Of a stretch of 64,000 nucleotides of DNA, positions 33,710-44,240 are shown piece after piece. The number at the start of each line of letters is the position of its first letter. Within the stretch, counting starts at the first letter, position 1. The stretch is taken from the IMG/VR virus record IMGVR_UViG_3300042270_000314. One strand, written 5' to 3'. A program made the translations under genes and the position numbers. Origin of the DNA: a virus. Lineage: Duplodnaviria > Heunggongvirae > Uroviricota > Caudoviricetes. The notes beneath the pieces are model-generated. The model was given only the letters and a program-made list of their open reading frames with translations, was not told the origin of the DNA and ran no database searches.

Positions 33710-34678
33710 TAGTTATTTTAAGAATTTTGAAAATAAGTTGGTTCAGGGAGACATACCTTATATCTCAAAAGATCTTTGAGTTTACAATGGGAAATCGAAC
33801 GAACTAAAACATCTCCATAACGATCAAACCCAGAATCAAAATTAATGAAAAAGACCAAAGGTTCTTTAAAATCAAAAGTGAACTCTGCGTCCTCTACATA
33901 AAATGCATCATATGGATCCTCAAAAATAAGTTGATCAATACTGTAACTATTGTAAATGGTATCAGCCATCTTTTTTGTTGTAATATCAACTTTATATCTT
34001 ACACCATCAAATTCTTCACGTGTTTCAAATTCAGGAAGATCCTCCGATTTAATATAATCATGAAAGAACATAAGATCCATTTCGGAAAAGCATACTGAAT
34101 TGATAAGCTTAAGCATATCTTTTTTATTCGTTACAAGAAAAAATAAAGGAAGACCAAAAAACTCTGGATTCGCTTTAAAATCAATTTCGGAAAGCATCTT
34201 ATTACAAAACATAGTATCTCCTAAAAACTAAAAATGTATTTGATTAGATAAACTATAAAAGAATACCAAAAATAGAAAAACGAAAGAAATTTTAGTGCGT
34301 CATTAAATTCAGATGTTTTAAATGGAAAATATTCTCTAATGTTCCAAAATGTGAGCCCACAACCAATGCTGATAAATTTAAGAACTTCTAGTGATTGAAA
34401 ACACAAAATTATTGCACTTACACATGTAAAAAGGATGATTCAAACTAACATAATTTCTCCTATGATAATTCTTTAAACCAAGTGATATAATAATCTTTTT
34501 TCTCTTTATCATTTTTCATAATAAAGGCATGAAGATCTTTCCTTTTGTTTAGATTATATGGTGTTTCTAAAATAATCCAAGATTGAACTCTATTAGCTTC
34601 TTTATCAGTCCATTCAAAGGTTATATAGAAAGTTCTTTTTTGTAAATTATAAACAAATTTTTTAAATCAATTCATTCA

Positions 34679-35809
34679 TTACTCCTTAAATTGTTCAAGA
34701 AGCCTAACCTTAGCTTCGGAGTTCATCTTTTCAAAACACTGCTCTAAAGTCTTTCCCTGACGAAGAGCAAACATAATTCCCGAATAGGGATAATCCTTAA
34801 CTTTCAGAGCATATTCTTTCTGAGTAAGCTCTTTGGTAGATAATGTTTCAAACTGCGAAATAATGGTCTCTTTCATGTTTGTGTATGCATCCATCCACGG
34901 TTGAAAGAATTTAGCATCTTCGGGGAAATACTGAAGATATTCATCCGTTTCGTTTGCAAACACAAGGTCACAAATCCTTTTTGGATTGAGATTTCCGTTA
35001 TCACGAAGATGATGAATGGCAACATATGCAGGATTTTTAACTTTCACCCTTTCATTGGTTTTGATGTTCCAGAAAACATATCCTTCAAAGAAAGCACCTG
35101 ATCCATTAAAAGAATTTCTTACAGAATCAATCTCATTCAAATTATACATTTTAGGAAGACGGGTATTTACACCAAAGGCATTCAAGTCATATACAACCAG
35201 TTCCATACCCCCTAGATTTAGATATTCACCATCATCATTAAATCGACCACCCAAAAAAACAAGAGAATAATCAGTATGTGGCACTACTACACGGTTTTCA
35301 GGTGTACAAAGTTCAAAAATATATGTTACATTTTTATTGAATTTCTTTCTGGCAATCTCTTCTTTAGTTTTATTACTATTTTTAAAACACTCATCAATCA
35401 ATTCACTAAACACCCTTCCTGAATTACATTCACTTTCAGCATATGCTGTCCCTTTTGTGCCGAAACACCACTTATCTTCAAAGGGGTTCCACCATACAGG
35501 AATTAAGCTACCATCTACCTTTTCCAGACAAACAGATTTTTCAAAATTAAAATTTTGTGTATTTGCTTCTCCATAATTAAAGAAACGATCAAAGGGCCTA
35601 CGAAGGATATTCCAATCCCAATCAAGAATCAATCCCCGACATTCAAGAACAATAGGATTTGTTTTTGGTGAATCAATTTGGGAATATGTAAGCACAATAA
35701 AATTTTCATAGATTTTGGATTTAACTCCAAAATCCTTTTCAAGCTCTTCTAACGCTTGAGTTTTTGTTAGTACATTGACATTGTTGAGATAATTTTGAAT
35801 ATGCAACAT
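34679..35809 (-). CDS. rnlA: RNA ligase 1 (T4 RnlA-like)
   Basis: ECRGLIL, KFFNYGE-like RFFNYGE, EKVDGS, FELCTPENR, EGYV, VKVKNPAY. Confidence 0.85.
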   Translation of the reverse strand: MLHIQNYLNNVNVLTKTQALEELEKDFGVKSKIYENFIVLTYSQIDSPKTNPIVLECRGLILDWDWNILRRPFDRFFNYGEANTQNFNFEKSVCLEKVDGSLIPVWWNPFEDKWCFGTKGTAYAESECNSGRVFSELIDECFKNSNKTKEEIARKKFNKNVTYIFELCTPENRVVVPHTDYSLVFLGGRFNDDGEYLNLGGMELVVYDLNAFGVNTRLPKMYNLNEIDSVRNSFNGSGAFFEGYVFWNIKTNERVKVKNPAYVAIHHLRDNGNLNPKRICDLVFANETDEYLQYFPEDAKFFQPWMDAYTNMKETIISQFETLSTKELTQKEYALKVKDYPYSGIMFALRQGKTLEQCFEKMNSEAKVRLLEQFKE

Positions 35810-35819
35810 TTAATATCCT

Positions 35820-36272
35820 CTATTTTTCCCACAGTTTACATTTAGGTTTATCAAAATAATATGTGGATTTTTGCTTAAAATAATCATTCCCATTAATATA
35901 TCGTACATTAATATCTTTGAAATGTACACATGCATGAAGCAAACAGTTTGTTTTAGCTAGTGGGCAATATTTTTGACCAAAATTTTCAACAAGTTCCGTT
36001 TCCTTATGTGCAACCTCAATACTTACACTATCCTTCCATTTTTCAAAATCTTCAGGATTTAGTTCATATTCAGTAGATACGGATACATCACTTGATCCAA
36101 AAAATTCTTTAATTTCTTTACATAATTGGTTAAACATTATTTTCTCTATTATATTCGGGTTTTCAAGAGATTGAATGGATTCGATTTCTCCCTCAAGTTG
36201 TGTAATATCATAAATATTATCTTTAAACTACACTTTAACAGCCTCAGTACTATCAAGATCTAACAGTTTCAT
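35820..36272 (-). CDS. hypothetical protein with a single in-frame TAG at 36228-36230 (or 105 aa from 36137)
   Basis: ATG 36272 MKLLDLDSTEAVKV[TAG]FKDNIY... is in frame with the track ORF. Confidence 0.4.
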
Positions 36273-36485
36273 TATAACATTCTCTTAATTCAAAATGGTA
36301 TTCATCAAACAAACAATTAACCAACCACAACCAAGAGTAAAAATCGTCCCAAAACCAAACCCAATCATTTCAAGAACTTCTTTAATACCCTGAACTTCTG
36401 AATTTCGAGTGTTTTTTCTCTTGATGAAAAACTTATTCTTTCTCATGATTTGTTCCTTGGTTGATTGTTTCCGTTTGTTGAATTT

Positions 36486-36514
36486 AGAATAAACAATTTT
36501 TGGAAGCGTGTAAA
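36486..36514 (-). promoter_or_regulatory. sigma70-type early promoter
   Basis: TTTACA-17-TATTCT. Confidence 0.72.
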
Positions 36515-36956
36515 CTATTTTATTACATTTAAAGCATACACCATTGCTTTTTGTCCTTCTTCGTCAGTAATCATATTTTGATATGCACGAACAGGACCTT
36601 CTTTGTTTACCCAATTAAAAACATCGTGAGAGTAAATAATTGCGTAATTTTCATCCCATGAAAAATTCTCCATTCCGTATTTCATAAATTTTTTAATGAA
36701 GTATCCTTCAAAACAATTAGCTCGAACACACCAAGCCATATAATCCAAAGCTTCAATAAATTCTTTTTCAGATAGGTTTTTCATTACTTTAGAAAATCCT
36801 TAATCTTCTTTCCTCTATTTTGAGTAAGAAATCTGTTTTTACAATTAAAAACATCTTCGCAAACAAATAGTTCATTTGAAATATATTTTACATTTTTGTC
36901 ATTATAATGGGCCTTATTACAATTAGCGCAAATAAAAGCGATTTTCATTTTATCTC

Positions 36957-37349
36957 CTATTCTGTTTCAAAAGTAAAAGTGGCTAAATTTCTAATAAATG
37001 ATTCTTTTTTAGAATCTTGATTACCAAAAAAGATTGTAGTGATTAATTTCTTGTTTCGTTCAACGATTGCCCTATTCTTATATACATGTTTTACTACAAG
37101 AATATCGTCTTCTATAGTATAGTATTTTTTACCATACTGTAAAATTTCCGCGATGGTTTTAATTTTTATATGTCTATTGTGCATCCTTTCAACGAAATGG
37201 GTAGTTACAATATAATTGTTTTTAATATAATTCCATGGTGACAATTTAGAATCTCGATATTTTATATATTCAATATCTTGGTTGCAGCAATACCTTTTAC
37301 TTGGTTTAAGAAGTTTGAGATTAGCATATGACATATAGTTCCCGCCCAA
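36957..37349 (-). CDS. DUF4258/RelE-like fold protein
   Basis: TTHFVERMHNRHI...LITTI. Confidence 0.4.
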   Translation of the reverse strand: MGGNYMSYANLKLLKPSKRYCCNQDIEYIKYRDSKLSPWNYIKNNYIVTTHFVERMHNRHIKIKTIAEILQYGKKYYTIEDDILVVKHVYKNRAIVERNKKLITTIFFGNQDSKKESFIRNLATFTFETE

Positions 37350-37353
37350 CTAA

Positions 37354-37674
37354 TTATTCTTCATCAAGAAATCCATGTTCTTTTAAAAGATTTTTATAAT
37401 AATCAACAGCTTCTTTTAGACCCATATTCTTATGTCCAAATTTTTCACGCAAAGTTTTAATTGCACTAATTTTATCATGGGCTCCAAAAGTCCGAACCAA
37501 ATCATTATTAAATATTTCCAATTCTTCCTTTTCTTTATCAAGAATATCGCCTTTAGTTAATTTCCAAAGAATTTCAGGGTGCCTTTTAGCCAATTTAACT
37601 ACAATTTCCCTATAATTAATATTTTCGTCCATAAGAATATCAATTATATCATTATTTGTGAATGACTGAAGCAT
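37354..37674 (-). CDS. protein with ribosomal L7/L12 C-terminal-like domain
   Basis: KISAIKTLRE...MGLKEAVDY. Confidence 0.6.
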   Translation of the reverse strand: MLQSFTNNDIIDILMDENINYREIVVKLAKRHPEILWKLTKGDILDKEKEELEIFNNDLVRTFGAHDKISAIKTLREKFGHKNMGLKEAVDYYKNLLKEHGFLDEE

Positions 37675-38228
37675 TTTTTCCCCTTAATTTAAAATTGCAT
37701 CCATTAAACAAATAAAAATCCACCCCATTACAAAAAGACTTGTTGCTCCCAAACACCATCCAATAAATTCTAACGCTTCTCTTTCAATAATGGAGGATTT
37801 ATAACAATTCTTTTTCATAAAAGATCTCCTTAACCTATGTAATTAAGTTGATATTTAGATGCCTTAGCAAAGTAAATTTTACCATTATGATAACTACGAA
37901 GAATAACTAAATTTCTATTATGACGAATATCGTCTTTCAATATTGAAGGAAAATTATCATCTCTATTATTAGAGACCGAAACATAATCAATAAATTCGGG
38001 ATTTTCATAAAATGAATCACGCGTAGCATAAGTACGATGCCAATTCCTACAATCAACATTGAGAAGCATATCTTTATCAATAATATGAATACATGTGCCT
38101 GCAGGAAGTTCATACATTTTCATTTTGATTTCCTTTGTTGTTTGTTGTTCCATTAAGAATAGATTATCAAACGCCAAGACCCTTGTAAACAAAAAAGTGG
38201 GAAACTTAAAAAATTTTCCCACTTTTTC

Positions 38229-38642
38229 TTAGATATCTTCTCAGTCTTCATCTGATAATTTAGGTACAGGCTTACCCCTTGCTGATCTATTATAATTATT
38301 AATAACTTGCCTTCTATCTACATACTTTGTTCCGACTTCGGCTGCAAATATAACAGCCAGAAGTTCAGTTAAATATGAATCAACATGCGCACCAGTAACA
38401 ACTTGAAAAATTATAAGCATTTGGACAAATATAAATGATATTCCCACTTTTGAAATTCTACCATCATCCCTTGTTATCATTCTATAAAAAGAAATTTCCT
38501 TTTTATTCTTATAAACTGACACAAAAACAACTGTAATAAATGCAAAAGATAGTAAAACAATAAGAATTTGATACACCATAAAGAAATCTGCAGGGATCAA
38601 AAATTGTAAAAAACTCAAAACTCATGCAAATTTATCTCCCAT
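38229..38642 (-). CDS. holin-like membrane protein; in-frame TGA at 38622 (codon 7) and 38241
   Basis: ATG overlaps endolysin TAA (TAATG); about 3 hydrophobic segments and a charged tail; holin role inferred from position. Confidence 0.6.
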
Positions 38643-39208
38643 TACAATTTCTCCACATCCCTTCTACATCATTCGATTCTATTCAACCATCCTCTTATAA
38701 ATCTTTTCTGTGATGGATTTCTTTTTACAATAGCTAAAAAGAAATTTTTTCTTTTTTCAAGAAATTTTTCAATAAATTCATCTTCACCAGCACTCTGGAG
38801 TGCATTAAAAGTGTTTTTTCCATATGCTCTATCAAACACTAAACCGTATCCCATATCGATAAGAACTTTTTGAGCGAGACCCGTTGAATTCCTTAAACCA
38901 TGATTAACAGTTGCATCAAAAAATATAAATGCTTTCTTATCTGAAAGTAAGGTATCTAACCATGCAACATCTCAAAAATATTCTTTATATGCCTTTCATG
39001 CAACTTCTTTAGTTAAAAGTTTAATATCTTCTTTATCAATATCACCATCATTATCCATATCGAATAATTCAAAATCATCAGTGTCTTCTGCAAAGTTGAT
39101 TGAGATTCCATATTTAGTTGCACCACCAGAATCAAGAGGATCATCCGTATATTTGTCCATCCCCTCGTATTTTGCAGTGTACATCATAGCCTTTTCAAAA
39201 TTTGCCAT
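38642..39208 (-). CDS. Endolysin, glycoside hydrolase family 108; in-frame TGA at 38996, 38972, 38669
   Basis: YEG...DP.DSGGATKYGI, YF[TGA]D (GH108 YWD), FDATVNHG, YGKNT, GWLNR. Confidence 0.88.
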
Positions 39209-39229
39209 AACAAAATCCTCCTATGTAAC

Positions 39230-39237
39230 TATTTATA
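39230..39237 (-). promoter_or_regulatory. T4-type late promoter of the lysis cassette
   Basis: TATAAATA 21 nt upstream of endolysin ATG, then AGGAGG RBS. Confidence 0.7.
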
Positions 39238-39254
39238 CACAAGAGGATAATTGA

Positions 39255-39542
39255 CTAACCTTTGATATAAAACTTTTTAAGTTTTTTAAAATCTAAACCA
39301 ACAGAAGCAAAAATCTTTTCAATCTCATTATAAACGTAATGTGTTTCTAAAAATAGATACCCGTTTTCTACAGCAAAATCTATTCCTTCATATCCCCAAT
39401 AGTAGTTGTCTTTAAGATAGTCTTCTTTATTGGCAATTTCTTTTATAACCTGTCTAAAAGATTCTTCAGAAGGAAATTCTGATTTATGAATAACATAACT
39501 TGAACTACTTGAATTCGAAACAAAACCTGTTCTAACTTTCAT
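39255..39542 (-). CDS. RTGFVSNSSSSS-family protein, paralog 3
   Basis: N-terminal MKVRTGFVSNSSSSSY. Confidence 0.65.
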   Translation of the reverse strand: MKVRTGFVSNSSSSSYVIHKSEFPSEESFRQVIKEIANKEDYLKDNYYWGYEGIDFAVENGYLFLETHYVYNEIEKIFASVGLDFKKLKKFYIKG

Positions 39543-39771
39543 TTACACCTCCACTTTGTATAATTCAAATAAATCAACACAACAGGACACAAAATGATTA
39601 TTTTTAGTATGGGCATTCATAAGTAAATAGTAATAATCATCTGAGGCCCAAAGAATACCTTGGAAGTAATATACATCCCCAGTACCCTTCTCAATAAGAA
39701 CACAATCTATATATTTTTCATATTTTTGAATCAGAAAACTCCAGTTCCCAGTACAAACACATTTATGATGA

Positions 39772-40152
39772 TTAATCAACTTTACCCCCAAGGTTTTCAA
39801 TTAGAGTTCGGGCACCATACGCACCCTGATCAATACTCCCTAAAACAACTTCATTACCTTTGGATATTTCTTCAGTAACAAAATTATAATATTCTTCTGC
39901 ATAATCATCATTTTCTAAGATTTCTTCAAGAGTTAAATCCCCATACCCAAAAACACTTAAAATATATTGTTCTATATCTTCTTTAGTTTTCATAATATAT
40001 CTACGTGAGGAACAATACTCCCTCTCTTCCATAATTTCATAAAATTTATCTAAAGGAATGGTTATGGTTACTTCATTCTGCCCCTTCTTTATAGGAAGCA
40101 TGAAACTACTACTTGAACTATTGGAAACAAATCCAGTTCTGATTTTAGCCAT
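39772..40152 (-). CDS. RTGFVSNSSSSS-family protein, paralog 2
   Basis: N-terminal MAKIRTGFVSNSSSSSF. Confidence 0.65.
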   Translation of the reverse strand: MAKIRTGFVSNSSSSSFMLPIKKGQNEVTITIPLDKFYEIMEEREYCSSRRYIMKTKEDIEQYILSVFGYGDLTLEEILENDDYAEEYYNFVTEEISKGNEVVLGSIDQGAYGARTLIENLGGKVD

Positions 40153-40619
40153 TATCCGTTCCTCCCTGCACCGAATGTAGCCTGACCTCCAAGTTCAAAA
40201 ATGGTTGAAAATATTTCCCGATCTTCTTCATTAAAATCCTCTAAATCAATCTTATCATAGTCCATGTCGATATATTCACCATCATCATCATAGATAGTAA
40301 AAAACTCATCACCTTCTGGCCCATAGGAATCCAGATAAAGAATTTTATCTCCTTCTACAGCTTCACAGGACACAGAAGTATACATAAATGACTCTATTTC
40401 TAGTAGAAATTTATCCTCTTTGTTTCGAACTGTAATTTCTGGATATCCAGAACCAGGTGGGCTCCAAATAAGAGAATTATGATACTTACTAAAAGCTGTA
40501 TCTTTTAGATTAAATTCTACTCCTAGATCATCTCTACCTGCTTTAGTTGCATTTGCAATTCCAATAATAAAACTTGAACTACTTGAATTTGATACAAATC
40601 CTGTTCTAATTTTAGCCAT
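40152..40619 (-). CDS. RTGFVSNSSSSS-family protein, paralog 1
   Basis: N-terminal MAKIRTGFVSNSSSSSF. Confidence 0.65.
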   Translation of the reverse strand: MAKIRTGFVSNSSSSSFIIGIANATKAGRDDLGVEFNLKDTAFSKYHNSLIWSPPGSGYPEITVRNKEDKFLLEIESFMYTSVSCEAVEGDKILYLDSYGPEGDEFFTIYDDDGEYIDMDYDKIDLEDFNEEDREIFSTIFELGGQATFGAGRNG

Positions 40620-40891
40620 TACCTATACCTCCCCTTAATCCCTTCAACAGGGTCAAATTTTTCAATACGCTTCCAAAATCTTCCAGAACAATATAATAGT
40701 GCATCCCGGCCATTAGAATATGCCTCAATTGTAAATGTAGACATAGTTTGACCTCCAAAACCCCCAAAGGGACCAGTAGTGGAGCCAAACGTCTGTGGCC
40801 AAGCGTAATATAACAATTCAGAATAATCACAATCTAATTTTGTACAAATATCATCGTCGTGTACTTTTTGTGTTATCTTTTGATAATTCAT
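40619..40891 (-). CDS. hypothetical protein
   Basis: WPQTFGSTTGPFGGFGGQ motif. Confidence 0.6.
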   Translation of the reverse strand: MNYQKITQKVHDDDICTKLDCDYSELLYYAWPQTFGSTTGPFGGFGGQTMSTFTIEAYSNGRDALLYCSGRFWKRIEKFDPVEGIKGRYR

Positions 40892-41026
40892 ACTGTCTCC
40901 TAAATAACCTCGTCTAAATTAATATTCTATTTAAATTCATTTTTCATTGAAGAGAATTGAAATTTTAATGAATTTTTCATTGATCCTTCTTAATTATAAA
41001 TTTACTCAAAAACAAAATTATTTTTC

Positions 41027-41034
41027 TATAAATA
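41027..41034 (+). promoter_or_regulatory. T4-type late promoter upstream of tnpB
   Basis: TATAAATA 30 nt before ATG 41065. Confidence 0.55.
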
Positions 41035-41064
41035 GATATATAATATTAAAACTAGGGTGTAAAC

Positions 41065-42246
41065 ATGATTAGATCATCCAAGCACATTTTGAAGTATCAG
41101 ACTGGTTCCAAGACGAAAGTCTTGAACCAGCTCTTTGATGATTTCAGAACAGACTTGTCTTGGTACATTGATCTAATCATTTCAGGACAATTGCCGCTGA
41201 CCAAGTTCATGTCATCCAAGGATTTGCCATCTGGTATTATTACTCATTCCCAATGGAAACAAATTCTTTATAAGACGGCTTCTGAAATTGTTAGATCCCA
41301 ATACAAACAAGCATCAAATCGAAGATTTAAACACTACAAGAAATTGTTTCATAAGTGCATTACTGCAAATAAGCATTGTTCTTTCACTGACAAGAGATTT
41401 AGTGAACTGAATCTCAAACCAATTCATCAATCAAAATTCTTTAGTAAACCAGACTTGAAGAATTTCTCAATCACATTAGATTCTAGACTTATTGATTTTC
41501 AATATGGCTTGCATTTCGATGAATTCATTAGGATCAAGACCCCGTTGTTTCATGAACACAAGAAACGTGCTATTACAATTAATGTTCCTATCAAACATCA
41601 CAAACATAGTCGAAAATTCGATTCTTGGGAACGAAAAAATTCAGTTCGATTGACACTAAAGAATGGCGTCATGAATTTTGAATTGATCTATGAGAAAGAT
41701 GCACCAGCACTAAAGACTGAGGGTAAAGTTCTTGGAATCGACCAAGGTTACAAGAAATTGATGTCATGTTCAGATGGAACATTTCTCGGCTCAGAAATGG
41801 AATCGATCTACAAGTTCATTTCCAACAAAAAGCAAGGTTCCAAAGCATTCAAGAGGGTATTAGCCCACAGGACTAATGAAACGAATCGAATTTGCAATTC
41901 TCTAAATCTTTCTGATGTCAAAGAACTTGTGGTCGAAGACCTCAAGAACTTGAAACACAAGACAAAATTGTCAACAAATTTTATGAACAAGATGCAACGC
42001 TGGGTTTACCCAGCAGTACTAAGCAAACTTGAATCCTTGGCTGAAATGAACGGTGTTCATTTCACGAAAGTGAATCCTGCTTATACTTCGCAGACTTGTT
42101 CTAACTGCGGATGCGTGGACCCTGGGTCTCGCCAAGGCGAAGACTTCAAGTGTCTGCACTGTGACCATGAGATTGATGCAGATTGAAACGCCTCAATCAA
42201 CATTGCTCGTTTGGGAATTTATAGTTCCCAAAGTTCAAAAAGCTAA
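41065..42246 (+). CDS. tnpB: TnpB RNA-guided endonuclease; in-frame TGA at 42184-42186
   Basis: RuvC-I GIDQG, RuvC-II VVEDL, YTSQTCSNC...CLHC zinc finger, RuvC-III DAD[TGA]NASINI. Confidence 0.9.
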
Positions 42247-42267
42247 TTTCATTGTTTTTCATTGAAA

Positions 42268-42568
42268 TTAGCAACTATAATGCAAAAACTTTTTTAGTTT
42301 TTCTGATTTATTATCAATTCTATCCTTAATATGATCCTCATCCAGCATTAGACTAGTCACAATATCAATTGCCAAAAGAACATCACCAATTTCCTTTTCC
42401 AAAAAGTTTTCTATTGGTGGGATTATCCATCCAATTGGAATCAAGCCCATGCCTAAGAATTTTACCAACTACTTGTATCACTTCTCCACATTCTTCAGAT
42501 AATAGAGCTAATGATTCAAGTTGTTCATTTGAAAGTCCATTAACATGGTCCATTCTGTTCTTCCTCAA
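42268..42568 (-). pseudogene. MazG-like pyrophosphohydrolase, frameshifted at 42401-42405
   Basis: LLSEECGEVIQ...KILRHG in one frame and LEKEIGDVL in the next; one extra T in a T5 run. Confidence 0.6.
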
Positions 42569-42750
42569 GGACTTCGATTAAAGTGTTAATAGCAAACATT
42601 GAAATTTCAGCATCATGATTATCCTGCTCATCTAAAATACTCATAAGATAGTCTCTCATAATCTTAAGTTTTATAACATCAGATTCTTGAATCAAAGAAA
42701 TCAAAGCATTCTTTAACTTTTCACAATTTTTACAACCCATAATATCTCCT

Positions 42751-43833
42751 TTAAATTTTATAAATGGGGCAGCTACGTCCATTTGCCAGAAGACTTTCCC
42801 TAAAATCAACAGTCTTAGGGTGATTCCAAATATCCTGAAGAAAATTTTTACAATTTACTACATCTAGACCTTCTTCCCATCCAACAATACCTTCACAGAA
42901 GGAACAAGGGGCAAATTTTCCATGAACATCAATATAGGAACTGAAAGCAGTAGACTCGCAGGGCTCGCTCATAGTTTTAAATTGTTCGTACTTTGGGTGA
43001 TCTTGAACTGCCTTTAGAAAATTTGTACAAGAACAACTATCGAATCCATAAGAAATCCCACTTTCCATCACATATTCAATCATTTCCTTAAATTTATGAA
43101 AGGGGATTGGATTGAATGTTTTACCTCTACCTTTTTGTTTTAAAGCAAGAAAAACAATAGCATTGAGCTTAGAAAGTCGAGGATCGTTCTTAATGTCATC
43201 AATGATTTCGGGAATTTTCATGTAGTTTTGGGAGTGATAACATAGATGGATATTTACCTGATTCATTCCTCTGTCAGTCAACTTCTTAATAGAATCATAA
43301 CAAATGTTTTTATTATCATATAGACTTACAGCACAAGCGCCAGTAAGATTAGCAATTTTATCTGCCACATCATCATCAATATCAGCAACAGTAAGATTTG
43401 GCACAACCCCATTTTCTCTACAATGTTCAAAAATCTTCCAGATATCTGGATTAGAAGTAGCCGAAGCATCAACACCAAATGCGATTTGTCCAATAGTCTT
43501 GGGTAGTTTACTGAACACTTCTTTAAATGTCTCGAAAGACATATATGTACCATTTGGAGTATTTGCTTTGTAACAAAATGAACAAGGAACATGAAATCCT
43601 TTTTCATTTCTTGGCCCATGGCAAATTGTCGTAATTTCAATATCAGCAATGAGAGGACCAAAGGGTGAATAATTTGGATCATCATCAATAGTATTACCGT
43701 ATACTACAGAAAACCCATTATCCTTTAAAAAAAGATGATGAAAAGAATGATCTTTTGCTTCAACAATCTTCTTTTCATCGGTATCAAAAAGAACAGCCTC
43801 ATTTCCATTTACATCATAAATAATTTTCAGCAT
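42751..43833 (-). CDS. radical SAM protein with SPASM-like C-terminus
   Basis: EITTIC...PCSFCYK, PNLT, AVS, PCES...YIDVHG...PCSFC. Confidence 0.75.
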   Translation of the reverse strand: MLKIIYDVNGNEAVLFDTDEKKIVEAKDHSFHHLFLKDNGFSVVYGNTIDDDPNYSPFGPLIADIEITTICHGPRNEKGFHVPCSFCYKANTPNGTYMSFETFKEVFSKLPKTIGQIAFGVDASATSNPDIWKIFEHCRENGVVPNLTVADIDDDVADKIANLTGACAVSLYDNKNICYDSIKKLTDRGMNQVNIHLCYHSQNYMKIPEIIDDIKNDPRLSKLNAIVFLALKQKGRGKTFNPIPFHKFKEMIEYVMESGISYGFDSCSCTNFLKAVQDHPKYEQFKTMSEPCESTAFSSYIDVHGKFAPCSFCEGIVGWEEGLDVVNCKNFLQDIWNHPKTVDFRESLLANGRSCPIYKI

Positions 43834-44240
43834 TTGTGTTTCCTATGAATCTTTCAGTAAAAAGGTTCTTTTGATTAATTTTCCAGAAGCATCTATGTCT
43901 TCTTTAACTTCAAGTTCGTAAATTCCTCGATGATCATCATAATAATTTTCATATTTGACATCACCATCACCTTTTAGAAGAACTTCTTCTAAAAGAATTC
44001 CAATCAACCTACTGGCCTTCATTTTCTTTAATCCTCTTTATAAATCCTTCAAGAATATCAGCATACATAAAACATTCTTCAATCTCATTTGTTGCTGTGG
44101 CATTAAATGAAGATTTGATATAATCTGGGTTTTCTTTTAAAGCCTTTTCCCATTGTTCCTTAGTTATAAGGCCTTGTGTGCGAAGAGCCTTAGTAGATTT
44201 TTTGATTGCTTCAATGATAACAGGTGGAAGATTATACATA

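Larger units (their letters stand above)
40935..42278 (+). mobile_element. IS200/IS605-family tnpB-only element (boundaries approximate)
   Basis: Lone + strand gene in a - strand run; hairpin GCTAATTTCA...TGAAATTAGC at 42242-42272; imperfect hairpin AAATTCATT...AATGAATTT near the left end; no tnpA. Confidence 0.65.

Noticed and set aside
9055-39000. TGA as Gly (code 25) or selenocysteine
   Set aside because: Recognisable motifs need Trp (TEKW, YWD, KAWG-equivalent, ESDW), not Gly or Cys
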